Of a DNA stretch of 64,000 nucleotides, positions 37,487 through 46,474 are shown in pieces (position 1 is the stretch's first letter; the number at the start of each line of letters is the position of its first letter). Source of the DNA: Thermoplasmata archaeon (GTDB taxonomy: Archaea; Thermoplasmatota; DTKX01; DATEUP01); the NCBI GenBank assembly GCA_041499475.1, contig JBGQKI010000010.1, positions 1,049 through 65,048 of the forward strand, given 5' to 3'. The position numbers were made by a program, and so were the translations under genes. The notes under the pieces are model-generated. The model saw only the letters and a list, made by a program, of their open reading frames with translations, was not told the origin of the DNA and made no database searches.

Positions 37487-40400
37487 TCACGCGATAAACT
37501 TTCGGGCGCGGCGGCGCGAAAGGCCGGCGATGAGAAGGACGCCGACGGCGGGGACTGCGATGTCTTGGAATTCGGGGACATCGAGCGGCTTGATGTTGGG
37601 CTCGCTCGCCGGGTCGGCAACGGGGGGAGGTGGTACCAGCGCCCGCGTCCCCTGGTCGTTGCCGACGACGAGCACCTGGTCGAGGTCGTCGCGCACGCCC
37701 TGCCAATCAGTCGCGTAGGCGGTGACCGTGATGTTGCGGGCGGTGAGGTTCTGCACAGGGATGGGCGCAGAGATCTCGAGGGCGCGCGCGCCGACTCCCA
37801 CGAGGGGCCTCGACTGCGGGACGAGGAGCCACGAGGCCGGCGGGCCTGCCTCCCAACGGTAGAACTTCGCGCCATCCACGGGCAAAACTTGGCCGCCCTT
37901 GCCGTCGATGCGCACGGCGAAGTCGTACCCGTGGCCGCCGCTCGAGAACCCGGTCGCGGTATCGTTGTCGGTGTCGGCCTGGAGCCAGACGAAGTCGGCG
38001 CCCGGGTTCGGTGGCGAAGGAGCCGAGGGGCCCCCGCCGCCACCGCCGCCGCCGCCGGGCACGCTGAGCGTGGAGGAGAGGCGGATGGGCACGACCGCGC
38101 CCTCAAGCGGAGAGGCGCCAAAGGAAATGAGGAACGAGGTCTGGACGCCGCTGACATTGCCAGCCATGGAAAGGATGTCGATGTGGGCGTCGTTCGCGTC
38201 CGTGGGGCGGTCGGAAACCGCCGACCGGTTCGCCCAGTCGAGGGTGTTGCCGTCGATGCGTATGGTGGAGGGGGCGCCGCCGATGTACGAGAGGGGCTGC
38301 GCGTTGGCCGCGACGGCGCCGTGCACGACCGTGACGAAGGTGGTGGAGCCCACTTGGATGTCGCTTGCGCTTTCCAGGTTGATCCGCAGCGATGTGCCCT
38401 GCACGGCGTTGGTGGGGACGTGCTCGACGACGGCAAGCAGGTTGATCGTGCTGCCCGGCGCGACCGAGACGGGCGCCGCGAAGGTGAACATCGCGGGAGA
38501 CTGCTGCTGGAGCGCGGTCGGGGCCGAGGTGAGCCGCTCGGTCTGCTCGGGCAAGCCGTTGCCGTTGGAGTCGTTCCAGACCGAGACGGTGGCGGGGTCG
38601 GCCGGGGCGCTCGGGCTGTAGTCCGCCGAGAGGCGGATCGCGCTGACTTGGGCGGCTGACGCAGATGGGTTGGCAACCACGATGGAGAGCATAGGCAAGG
38701 GTGTGGAGGCGCCCGGCGTAAGCTCGCCGGGGGCCACGGCCGTGACGGTCGCCGACAGGGCATTGCCCGCAAGGGTCGCCGGCGCAAAGTTGGTGTCGGT
38801 GCGCTCGGCGTTGGCGCTGTCGAGGCCGCGCAATTCGAAGATCGCGCGCGCGCTGCCGATGCCGCCGCTCCCGGGGCCGGAGGAAAGGCCCGTCAGCGTG
38901 CCCTCGATGGTGGTCCCGTGGAGGGCGATCTGGAGGCCGCCGGCGGTGTCGAAGCCGGAGAAGTCGTAGGGTTGGACGCCGGGGCGGTTCGCCCATGCGC
39001 GGGTCGAGGAGCTCTTGAGGACGCCGTCCCACCCGTAGACGTCTACGAGGCGGTCGATGCCGAGGTCGTGGTAGGCGTACCCGGTGCCCGCCGACCCGTC
39101 GACGTCCACAAGCAACACGAAGTGGTCGGCCATTTTGGGGAAGGGGCCCGGCCGGGCGAAGAGGTCGCCGGCGGCTTGCGCCTCGAACCAGAGCCGACCG
39201 CTGTCGGCGCGGAGCGCGTACTCGCGCAGGTCGATGTTGGGGGGAAGTCCGGTGCTGGCGTCGGCGGCGTCGGTGTAGTATAGAGCGCCGGTCCCGGCCC
39301 AGTCGGCAAGGTCGCCGTCGACGACGGGGCCGCGCGGCGCGCCGCCGAAGGGGATGACCGTGATGAGCAAGACGACGACGAGGCCCGCGACGAGGCCGGA
39401 GAGGACCGTCTGGCGGCGGTTTTGAGCCTGGACGAGGGGGGCGGATGTGCCATTGACGCGGCCCCCGTTCACGCGGCCGCCATTTACGCGACCCCCGTTG
39501 ACTCGGCCCCCGTTCACGCGACCCCCGTTCACGCGACCCCCGTTCACGCGGCCGCCATTGACTCGGCCTCCATTCGTCTGGCCGCCATTCACGCGGCCGC
39601 CATTGACACGACCTCCATTCACGCGGCCACCGTTCGTCCGACCGCCGTTGACGCGACCCCCATTCACGCGGCCACCGTTGACTCGGCCGCCATTCACGCG
39701 GCCGCCATTGGTCCGGCCGTTGCGCGGCTCCATCGCACCCGTCGGGGGAGCGACGGGCGCGGCGGGCGGGATGATCTCGGCGATCGGCACGCGCGGGGTG
39801 GGCCGGACGGAGCTGACAACGACCTCGACCTCGTCCTCTTCTTCGTGTTCGACGACCGCTGGCGCGGGCGGCGCTTTCGGCGCCCCTGCAGCCGCGGCCA
39901 ATGCGGCGGTGGCCGGCGGGGCCTTGACGGGCGCCGGCGATGGAATGTGGGGCCCTTCATCCTCGCCTTCGCCTTCCAGGAGGCCTTCGAGTTCGGAGAT
40001 GAGGTCCTCCTCCTCGAGCGCGCCAGGTGCCGCCTTGCCGCCCTCGGCGACGGGCTTGGCGGAGGGGCCTTCCTCGGAGAGGAGCGTTTCGAGCTCCAGC
40101 ATGAGCGTGTCTTCCTCTTCGGGCGCTGGCTCCGGCTCAGGCTTTGGCGCCAAGGGAGCGGCAGGCGCCTCCCACCCGGGCTGCACCAGTCCGACCTTCT
40201 TCAGCGTGTCCAGCACGCGCTTCTGTGCTTCATCGCCGGCGGCCTCCGCCTTGGGAAGCTCCGCGGCGGGCGGCGGTGCCGCGGGCGCAGCGGGGGGAGC
40301 GCGGGGCGCCTGCACCTTGGGCTCGGCGGCCCGCCGCTCCGGGGCGGCGTGCTTCTCCGCCTCGAGCCCGAAATCGGCCATCAGGTCGTCAAGCTCGAGT

Positions 40401-40636
40401 TCGTCCTCTTCCTTGGCGGTGGGCTTCTGCTCGCCCTCGTCGCCTTTCTTCGCGATCTCGGCGAGGAACCTGTCGAGGTCCTCCTCGCCGACCCGCGCAG
40501 GGGCCTTGCCCTTGTCGGCCTTCTTGGCCGCTTCCTCTTCCTCGGGGCCCTCGTATTTCGACGCGATCTTCTTCCAGCGGTCGAGGAAGTCCTTCGTCAT
40601 TTTCTTCTCAGAGTCGCCGCCCTCTTTGTCCGACAT
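37487..40636 (-). CDS. 1049-aa protein: acidic disordered N-terminus, (R/Q)(V/T)NGG repeats, TM helix, extracellular domains with two IDG..DW (CBM9/DOMON-like) units, PEF-CTERM-like tail
   Basis: ATG 40636 (MSDKEGG); repeats at 39447-39724; TM VLSGLVAGLVVVLLITVIPF; VDGDLADW and IDGNTLDW; C-terminus VPEFQDIAVPAVGVLLIAGLSRRR. Confidence 0.85.
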   Translation of the reverse strand: MSDKEGGDSEKKMTKDFLDRWKKIASKYEGPEEEEAAKKADKGKAPARVGEEDLDRFLAEIAKKGDEGEQKPTAKEEDELELDDLMADFGLEAEKHAAPERRAAEPKVQAPRAPPAAPAAPPPAAELPKAEAAGDEAQKRVLDTLKKVGLVQPGWEAPAAPLAPKPEPEPAPEEEDTLMLELETLLSEEGPSAKPVAEGGKAAPGALEEEDLISELEGLLEGEGEDEGPHIPSPAPVKAPPATAALAAAAGAPKAPPAPAVVEHEEEDEVEVVVSSVRPTPRVPIAEIIPPAAPVAPPTGAMEPRNGRTNGGRVNGGRVNGGRVNGGRVNGGRTNGGRVNGGRVNGGRVNGGQTNGGRVNGGRVNGGRVNGGRVNGGRVNGGRVNGGRVNGGRVNGTSAPLVQAQNRRQTVLSGLVAGLVVVLLITVIPFGGAPRGPVVDGDLADWAGTGALYYTDAADASTGLPPNIDLREYALRADSGRLWFEAQAAGDLFARPGPFPKMADHFVLLVDVDGSAGTGYAYHDLGIDRLVDVYGWDGVLKSSSTRAWANRPGVQPYDFSGFDTAGGLQIALHGTTIEGTLTGLSSGPGSGGIGSARAIFELRGLDSANAERTDTNFAPATLAGNALSATVTAVAPGELTPGASTPLPMLSIVVANPSASAAQVSAIRLSADYSPSAPADPATVSVWNDSNGNGLPEQTERLTSAPTALQQQSPAMFTFAAPVSVAPGSTINLLAVVEHVPTNAVQGTSLRINLESASDIQVGSTTFVTVVHGAVAANAQPLSYIGGAPSTIRIDGNTLDWANRSAVSDRPTDANDAHIDILSMAGNVSGVQTSFLISFGASPLEGAVVPIRLSSTLSVPGGGGGGGGGPSAPSPPNPGADFVWLQADTDNDTATGFSSGGHGYDFAVRIDGKGGQVLPVDGAKFYRWEAGPPASWLLVPQSRPLVGVGARALEISAPIPVQNLTARNITVTAYATDWQGVRDDLDQVLVVGNDQGTRALVPPPPVADPASEPNIKPLDVPEFQDIAVPAVGVLLIAGLSRRRARKFIA
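39447..39724 (-). repeat. 15-bp tandem coding repeat: 17 full (R/Q)(V/T)NGG units plus flanking partial units
   Basis: Units such as gcccccgttcacgcg / gccgccattcacgcg / acccccgttcacgcg span 39461-39715; synonymous positions vary while the amino acids are conserved. Confidence 0.95.
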
Positions 40637-40691
40637 GTGGCCAACTCCGTGAAGTGCGCTGGTTGCACCAAGCGGGTGTCCAGGGGATGAG

Positions 40692-40759
40692 GTTTTTCTT
40701 CGAAAAACGGAATTGACTATCTGAGAACCGGAATTATCTATCTTATTACCGGAACGATC
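40692..40759. promoter_or_regulatory. AT-rich upstream region with an inverted repeat and 21-bp-period direct repeats
   Basis: GTTTTTC-TTC-GAAAAAC (40692-40708); units aCGGAATTgaCTATCTgAgaA (40707), cCGGAATTatCTATCTtAttA (40728), cCGGAAc (40749). Confidence 0.6.
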
Positions 40760-40779
40760 ATGGCCGGGCCAGGATCCCT

Positions 40780-42591
40780 TCACTCCACGGTGACCGTCTT
40801 GGCCAGGTGCCGGGGCCGGTCGATCGAGCAGCCGCGCAGGTCGGCGATGTGGTACGCGAGCAGCTGGAGGGCGACCGTGACGGCCACGGGCGCAAGCAGG
40901 GGGTCGGTCTCCGGCAGGAGCACGATCTCCTCGGCCACGCCCTTGAGTTCGGTGTCGCCCTCCGTGCCGATCGCAATGATGGGCGAGCCCCGCGCGTTGC
41001 ACTCGCCGATGTTGGAGAGCATCTTCGGGTACATCGCGTCCCGCACGGCGATCGCGACCACCGGGAGCTCGGGCCCGAGGAGCGCGAGCGCGCCGTGCTT
41101 GAGTTCGCCGGCCGCGTAGGACTCGGCGTGGACGTAGGAGATCTCCTTCAGCTTGTGGGCGCCCTCGAGCGCGGCGGCGAAATTAACGTGGCGGCCGATG
41201 AAGTAGACGTCCTCGACCTGCGCGTAGCGCTTGGCGATGTCGAGGATGCGCTCGTTCTGCCACAGGACGCTCTGCACGTCCTGCGGGAGCCGGCGCAAGT
41301 GGCCCTGGTAATAGCGCAGCTTCTCTGGCGAGAGTTCGCCGTTGCGCCGCCCGACGGAGAGGGCAAGAAGCGCGAGGCCCACGATTTGGGTCGTGAAGGT
41401 CTTGGAGGCCGCGACGCCGATCTCGGGGCCCGCGCGCGTGTAGAACGAGCGGTTGACGTCGCGGGTGATGGAGGAGCCCACCACATTGGTGACGGCAAAG
41501 GTCGCGCTGCCGCGCCGCTTGGCTTCGCGCAGCGCGTTGAGAGTGTCGAGGGTCTCGCCCGACTGGGTGATCGCGACGATGAGGGCGTCCTCCGGGAGCG
41601 ACTCGCTGTATCGGTACTCGGAGGCGATCTCGACCGAGGAGGGCACGCGGGCGATCGTCTCGATGAGGTAGCGGCCGACCATCCCGGCGTACGCGGACGA
41701 GCCGCAGGCGAGGAGCTTGACGCGCCGGACGGGCTTGAGGCCCTCGGTGATCGCGTCGATCTCGGCGTCGCCGATGCGCCCGAGCAGGCAATCGGTGATC
41801 GCGCGCGGCTGCTCGAAGATTTCCTTGAGCATGAAGTGCTTGTAGCCGGCCTTCTCGGCGGCCTCGATGTCCCAGTCGATGGTGGACGGCGCGCGGCGGT
41901 GTTCGGAGAGGTCGCCAAGCGCGCGCAGGGCGAACCCCTGGGGCGTGAGCGCCGCGACCTCGCCGTCCTCGAGGTAGACGACGCGGCGCGTGTGGCGCAG
42001 GAGCGCCGGGACATCCGAGGCGATGAACATCTCGCCTTCCCCCACGCCAAGGACGAGGGGGTTGTCGCGGCGCGCGCCGACGAGCACGCCCGGCTCGCCC
42101 CCGTGGGTGGCCACGACGGCGTAGGTGCCCTCCACTTCCTTGAGGGCGGAGGCGACGGCTTCGACGAGCTTCCCTTTGTAGTCGCGTTCGATGAGGTGGA
42201 CGAGGACCTCGGTGTCGGTCTCCGAGCGGAAGACGTGGCCGGCGGCCTTGAGGCCTTCGCGCAGGGCCGCGTGGTTCTCGATGATGCCGTTGTGGACGAT
42301 GGCGATCTGGCCGGTGCAGTCGGTGAACGGGTGGGCGTTGGCATCCGTCGGCTTGCCGTAGGTGGCCCAGCGCGTGTGGCCAAGGCCCCACGAGCCGTGC
42401 AGCGGGCGGGTGGCGAGCAGCGCACGTTCGAGTTCGTCGACGGAGCCCGCGCGCTTGAGTATAGCAACACCCGAGGGGCCGTTGACGGCAAGGCCGGCGC
42501 TGTCGTAGCCGCGGTATTCGAGGCGGTGCAGGCCTTCGATGAGGATGGGCTGGGCTTCGCGGGGGCCTGTGTAGCCGATGATTCCGCACAT
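40780..42591 (-). CDS. glmS: Glutamine--fructose-6-phosphate aminotransferase
   Basis: MCGIIGY (N-terminal Cys), LEYRGYDSAG, GHTRWATYG, HNGIIEN, SETDTEV, SQ-type TQSGETLDT, GVAASKTF, KLKEISY, YAAGELKHG, PRHLAKTVTVE. Confidence 0.96.
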   Translation of the reverse strand: MCGIIGYTGPREAQPILIEGLHRLEYRGYDSAGLAVNGPSGVAILKRAGSVDELERALLATRPLHGSWGLGHTRWATYGKPTDANAHPFTDCTGQIAIVHNGIIENHAALREGLKAAGHVFRSETDTEVLVHLIERDYKGKLVEAVASALKEVEGTYAVVATHGGEPGVLVGARRDNPLVLGVGEGEMFIASDVPALLRHTRRVVYLEDGEVAALTPQGFALRALGDLSEHRRAPSTIDWDIEAAEKAGYKHFMLKEIFEQPRAITDCLLGRIGDAEIDAITEGLKPVRRVKLLACGSSAYAGMVGRYLIETIARVPSSVEIASEYRYSESLPEDALIVAITQSGETLDTLNALREAKRRGSATFAVTNVVGSSITRDVNRSFYTRAGPEIGVAASKTFTTQIVGLALLALSVGRRNGELSPEKLRYYQGHLRRLPQDVQSVLWQNERILDIAKRYAQVEDVYFIGRHVNFAAALEGAHKLKEISYVHAESYAAGELKHGALALLGPELPVVAIAVRDAMYPKMLSNIGECNARGSPIIAIGTEGDTELKGVAEEIVLLPETDPLLAPVAVTVALQLLAYHIADLRGCSIDRPRHLAKTVTVE

Positions 42592-42604
42592 TCCGCCGGC
42601 TCTC

Positions 42605-43807
42605 CTACAGCACGATGGCGTCGTTGGGGACGTCGCGCGTGACGTGGGTGGGGCCCTCGAAGCGGGCGCGCCGTCCGACGACCACGCCGGGGGCCAGCAC
42701 GCACTGGGGGGCAAACACGCAGGAGTCGCCGATGATGGCGCCGAGGTCCGATACGGGGATGACGTCGCCCTCGACCATCATCAGGCGGTCGCCGTGGTGG
42801 GTGACGAAATGCGTGCGGATGACGGTGCCGTCGTCGATGACGGAGTTCGCGACATAGGAGGAGCCGCCGATGGAGACGTTGTTGTGGATGACGCTGTTGC
42901 GCACTTCGGTGAAGGGGGCGATGGTGACGTTGTTGCCGATGGAGGTCGAGGGGAACACGACGACATGGGGCCCGATGTCGCAGCCTTCGCCGATGACGAC
43001 GGGCCCGCGGATGTAGGAGCCGCTGCGGATGACGGTGCCGCGGCCGACGGAGACGGGCCCTTGGATGACCGCCCCGGGTTCCACGGTGCCGGCGGTGCGC
43101 GCGCCGGTCTTCTGGAGCATCTTGGCGTTGACCGAAAGGATGTCCCACGGGTACACGATGTCGAGCCAGTGGCCCTCGATCTCGACTGCCTGGATGGGGT
43201 CGCCGCGCTCGATGATGGCCTCGAGCACGTCGGTGATGTCGAAGCGTGAGGCCTTCACGGCCCACTCGGCGATTTCGAAGACCTTGGGCTCGAAGAGGTA
43301 GATGCCCGTGTTGATGAGGTCCGACATGGAGGCGGCGGGCTTCTCGGTGATGCGCCGGACGAAGCCGCCCTCGATCTGGACGACGCCGTATTTGGAGGGG
43401 TTGGGCGAGAAGGTGACGACCATCGCGTTTGAGTTTTTCTCGCGCTTGTCGAGCAGTTCGCGCAGCGTGTCGGGGTCGACCAGGTTGTCGCCGGGAAGGA
43501 CGAGGATGGGGCCCTCCGTGTGGGGCTGCTTGGCCTGCAGGAGCGCGTGGGCGGTGCCGAGCTGCTTGGCTTGGGTGGCGTAGGTGATGGAGACGCCGAA
43601 GCGGCGGCCGTTTTCGAAGTAGGACTGGATGCGCTCCTTCTGGTAGCCGATGACCATGGTGATCTCGGTGACGCCGTTTTCCTTGAGGGCCTCGACGACG
43701 TATTCGAGGATGGGGCGCCCGGCGACAGGGAGCATGACCTTGGGGCGCGTGAGGGTGAAGGGGCGCAGGCGCAGGCCCTCGCCGGCGGCCAGGATGACTG
43801 CGCGCGT
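42605..43807 (-). CDS. glmU: Bifunctional sugar-1-phosphate nucleotidyltransferase/acetyltransferase (archaeal GlmU)
   Basis: RAVILAAGEGLRLRPFTLTRPKVMLPV, QLGTAHA, ITEKP, INTGIYLF, WLDIVYPWD, hexapeptide left-handed beta-helix; adjacent to glmS; first codon reads ACG. Confidence 0.88.
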   Translation of the reverse strand, partial: TRAVILAAGEGLRLRPFTLTRPKVMLPVAGRPILEYVVEALKENGVTEITMVIGYQKERIQSYFENGRRFGVSITYATQAKQLGTAHALLQAKQPHTEGPILVLPGDNLVDPDTLRELLDKREKNSNAMVVTFSPNPSKYGVVQIEGGFVRRITEKPAASMSDLINTGIYLFEPKVFEIAEWAVKASRFDITDVLEAIIERGDPIQAVEIEGHWLDIVYPWDILSVNAKMLQKTGARTAGTVEPGAVIQGPVSVGRGTVIRSGSYIRGPVVIGEGCDIGPHVVVFPSTSIGNNVTIAPFTEVRNSVIHNNVSIGGSSYVANSVIDDGTVIRTHFVTHHGDRLMMVEGDVIPVSDLGAIIGDSCVFAPQCVLAPGVVVGRRARFEGPTHVTRDVPNDAIVL

Positions 43808-43948
43808 GTCCGTTCCTCCGTAAGTGCCGGTCTAGCGCATGGTTTGCGGTAAAAACATTTGGGGTGCGTGTCCGGAGCGCTTTCGGTGGCGCGCGCCGCG
43901 CGCGAACTATATCACCGGGCGCTCCCCCATCGGTGGTCGGGGTTCGAG

Positions 43949-44872
43949 GTGGGCGCGCCGTCGCGGTGGGAAGCGGGCGACTCCGAGGCGCGGCTGCTCG
44001 TCCCGATGGACGGGTCGCCTGCCTCGGCAAGCGCGCTTGCATCGGCGCTCGGGATCGCGCGGTCGGCGGGTGCGGGGGTCACGGCGCTCTACGTCGCCAA
44101 GCGCGGCCTGCTGACGCGGCGCAGCCGCGTGGCGGCCCGGCCCCTGGAGGAATTTGGGGAGCGCCACCCGGAAGACGAGGACGAGGCGAAGCTGGTCCTG
44201 CTCCCCGCGCGCGTCTGGGGCAAGTCAGCCGGCGTGGCGGTCGAAGTGCTTGCCGCGCGGGGCGAGGCCGCCGAGGCGATCGCGGGAGCCGCCCACTCGC
44301 GGAAGGCCGCGCTCGTGGTGATGGGGTCGCACGGGATATCCGGGCGCTCCCCGGGCAAGCGCCTGGGCAGCGTGGCGCGGGCCGTGTTCATGCAGTCGAC
44401 CGTGCCGGTGGTGGTGATCCCCCCGGGGGCCGTGCGCGATTCGGAAGCGCTTGCGCGCGATGTGGGCCGGCAGGCGGAGTCCTTGCCCATGGGGCCCAAG
44501 GTGATCGCGGCGCTCGACGCGGGCCCCGGCAGCCGCGAGGTCGCGGCAGAAGCCCTCGAACTTGCCAGGCGCACGCGCGGGTCGGTGCGCCTCTTCTCGG
44601 GCGCGCCGCTTTGGCCTTTCGGCGAGCTTGGCCCCGTGCTTGCGGCGGCGCAGAAGGGCGCGGAGGCCGCGGGGGTGCCGTTCAAGGTGGACACGGGCGC
44701 GCCAGACGCGCTCGAGGGGCTCGTGGCCCTTTCACGCGAGCAGCCGGAGCCCCTCGTCGTCGTGGGCATACGCGGGGGGAAGGCTGCGGGCGGGGACCAT
44801 TTGGGGACGTTCACCGACCGGCTGCTTGCGCAGGCTTGCTGCGCGGTCGAAGTGCTGCGGCTTTCAGGTTAG
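43949..44872 (+). CDS. Tandem universal stress protein (two USP domains)
   Basis: RLLVPMDGS, LVVMGSHG...LGSVA, second domain KVIAALDAG...VVVGIRG...LGTFTDRL; start uncertain (GTG 43949 or TTG 43859). Confidence 0.8.
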   Translation: MGAPSRWEAGDSEARLLVPMDGSPASASALASALGIARSAGAGVTALYVAKRGLLTRRSRVAARPLEEFGERHPEDEDEAKLVLLPARVWGKSAGVAVEVLAARGEAAEAIAGAAHSRKAALVVMGSHGISGRSPGKRLGSVARAVFMQSTVPVVVIPPGAVRDSEALARDVGRQAESLPMGPKVIAALDAGPGSREVAAEALELARRTRGSVRLFSGAPLWPFGELGPVLAAAQKGAEAAGVPFKVDTGAPDALEGLVALSREQPEPLVVVGIRGGKAAGGDHLGTFTDRLLAQACCAVEVLRLSG

Positions 44873-44981
44873 TCTCCCTGCTTGCGCGAGGCGCTCGGTC
44901 GAAGCGTGGCCCGCGCGCGAGGTCATCCTTTTAATGCCCCCACGCTGTTCCCTCGTCCCTCTTAACAGGGGAGGAACGCGG

Positions 44982-45947
44982 TTGCAGTCCAGTTCGCTGT
45001 CGGTCAAGCGAATCCGCTCTCCGATCAAGCGCATCCTGATCCCGACTGACGGCTCCGATGCCTCCTACAACTCGATCATGCAAGGCGTGCGCTTCGCGGC
45101 GATGCTGCGCGCGGAGGTCGTCGGGCTGCACGCGGTCGACCCCAAGAAGCACCCGGAAGCGAAGGCGCACACGCACGGTACGCCCTTCGCCCAGATCCGC
45201 GACAGCCACCCGCAGCTTGCCAAGCAGATTGACGAGTACTTCCTGCCGTTCCGGCAACTGCAGCGCACGACAAGCATTGCGATCCAGACGACGGCGACGG
45301 TGGGGGACCCCGTCGATGTGATCCTGCAGGCGGCCGATGTGCTTGCCGTAGACGCGGTCGTGATGGGCACCCACGGCGAGACGGCGAAGTCCGACCTCTT
45401 CGCGGGAAGCGTCGCGCGAGGCGTTTTCTCGCGGTCGAAGGTGCCGGTGCTCGTGCTCCCGGCAGGGACGCAGATCCAGACCGAGGGCGCGGACAAGGAG
45501 GTCGTGGAGATTGCGGGCGAAGTCACCACCCGCCCGCGCATCCTCATCGGCGTGGACGGAGGCCCGGGGTCGCTCGACCTGGCCGCCGAGGCCATGCGCT
45601 TTGCCCGCGCGCTGCAGGCCGAGGTCTACTTCATGCACGCAGGCGCGCAGCAGTCGCCCGAGGCGATGCAGATCCTCGAGTCGATCAAGGGGATGGCGAG
45701 CCAGTACTGGATCAAGGTCAAGGATGTGAGCATCAACAAAGACCCAGTGGATGCGGCCATCGAGATCGCCGACCGCGAGTACATCGACTTTTTCGTTTTC
45801 GGGACAAGGCTGCGCCTGAAGAAGGGCCTCATGGCGAAACTGCAGGAGCGCGCGGTCGAGCGCGGTGCGCTCTTCTTCGGCTCGACGAGCGACCAACTCG
45901 TGCGGCGGGCCGAGCGCCCGGTGCTGATCGTGCACCTCGAAAGCTAA
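44982..45947 (+). CDS. Tandem universal stress protein (two USP domains)
   Basis: IKRILIPTDGS, VMGTHG-9x-GS ATP-binding motif, RILIGVDGG, FGSTSDQLVRRAERPVLIV; TTG 44982 with GGAGG SD. Confidence 0.9.
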   Translation: MQSSSLSVKRIRSPIKRILIPTDGSDASYNSIMQGVRFAAMLRAEVVGLHAVDPKKHPEAKAHTHGTPFAQIRDSHPQLAKQIDEYFLPFRQLQRTTSIAIQTTATVGDPVDVILQAADVLAVDAVVMGTHGETAKSDLFAGSVARGVFSRSKVPVLVLPAGTQIQTEGADKEVVEIAGEVTTRPRILIGVDGGPGSLDLAAEAMRFARALQAEVYFMHAGAQQSPEAMQILESIKGMASQYWIKVKDVSINKDPVDAAIEIADREYIDFFVFGTRLRLKKGLMAKLQERAVERGALFFGSTSDQLVRRAERPVLIVHLES

Positions 45948-46474
45948 AGGCGCACGGAAGGCGCGCGGCCCTTCGCGGGCCGCTTGACCGTCCGCGGCGG
46001 TTCGCCCTCAATCGCGTCCTCGACGATTGCGCGCGGGACGTCGGGGCGGACTTTGTGGATCGCTTTGAGGACGAGTTCGACCTGCGCGGTCCGCGTCATC
46101 GCGTAGGGGTCGTCGAACCCGGGCGTGGCGATCATCTCCTTGAGGATCAGCCGAACCTGGGCGGCCGGGAGTTTCGCGATGGCGTGCGGGGAGCGGCGGT
46201 GCTCGCGCTCGAGCGCGTTGCGGATGCGGATGACGGCCGAGGTCCAAAACCCGATCGGCCGCGCGCGGTCGGAGCCGACATTGCGCACAAGCCCGCAGCG
46301 CAGGCAGAACGACTTGCGCACGAGCGGGCGCTGTTCGACCTCCGCCGACGAGGGAGGCAGCCACACCATCTCTTCGTGGCCGCAGTCGACATGCTCGTGG
46401 TCGACGCCGAGCCGCTTTTTGGGGGCCGCCACGGGCGCGTCTTGCGCCGCGCGGGGACTTAAGGCTTGTTTCAA
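45944..46474 (-). CDS. Hypothetical archaeal protein with a His/Cys cluster (possible Zn site)
   Basis: HEHVDCGHE...FCLRCGLV; QVRLILKEM...FDDPY. Confidence 0.7.
   Translation of the reverse strand: MKQALSPRAAQDAPVAAPKKRLGVDHEHVDCGHEEMVWLPPSSAEVEQRPLVRKSFCLRCGLVRNVGSDRARPIGFWTSAVIRIRNALEREHRRSPHAIAKLPAAQVRLILKEMIATPGFDDPYAMTRTAQVELVLKAIHKVRPDVPRAIVEDAIEGEPPRTVKRPAKGRAPSVRL

Noticed and set aside
39447-39724. Tandem repeat as a CRISPR array or as the + strand ORFs (TRPPF)n / (VHAAA)n
   Set aside because: The 15-bp units are contiguous with no spacers. Variation falls at third positions of the - strand NGG frame, so the other frames are shadows.
40807-44042. Long ORFs 41148-44042 (-), 41183-42589 (-) and 40807-42642 (+)
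   Set aside because: Alternative frames or antisense of glmS/glmU; low-complexity Arg/Pro/Ala translations.
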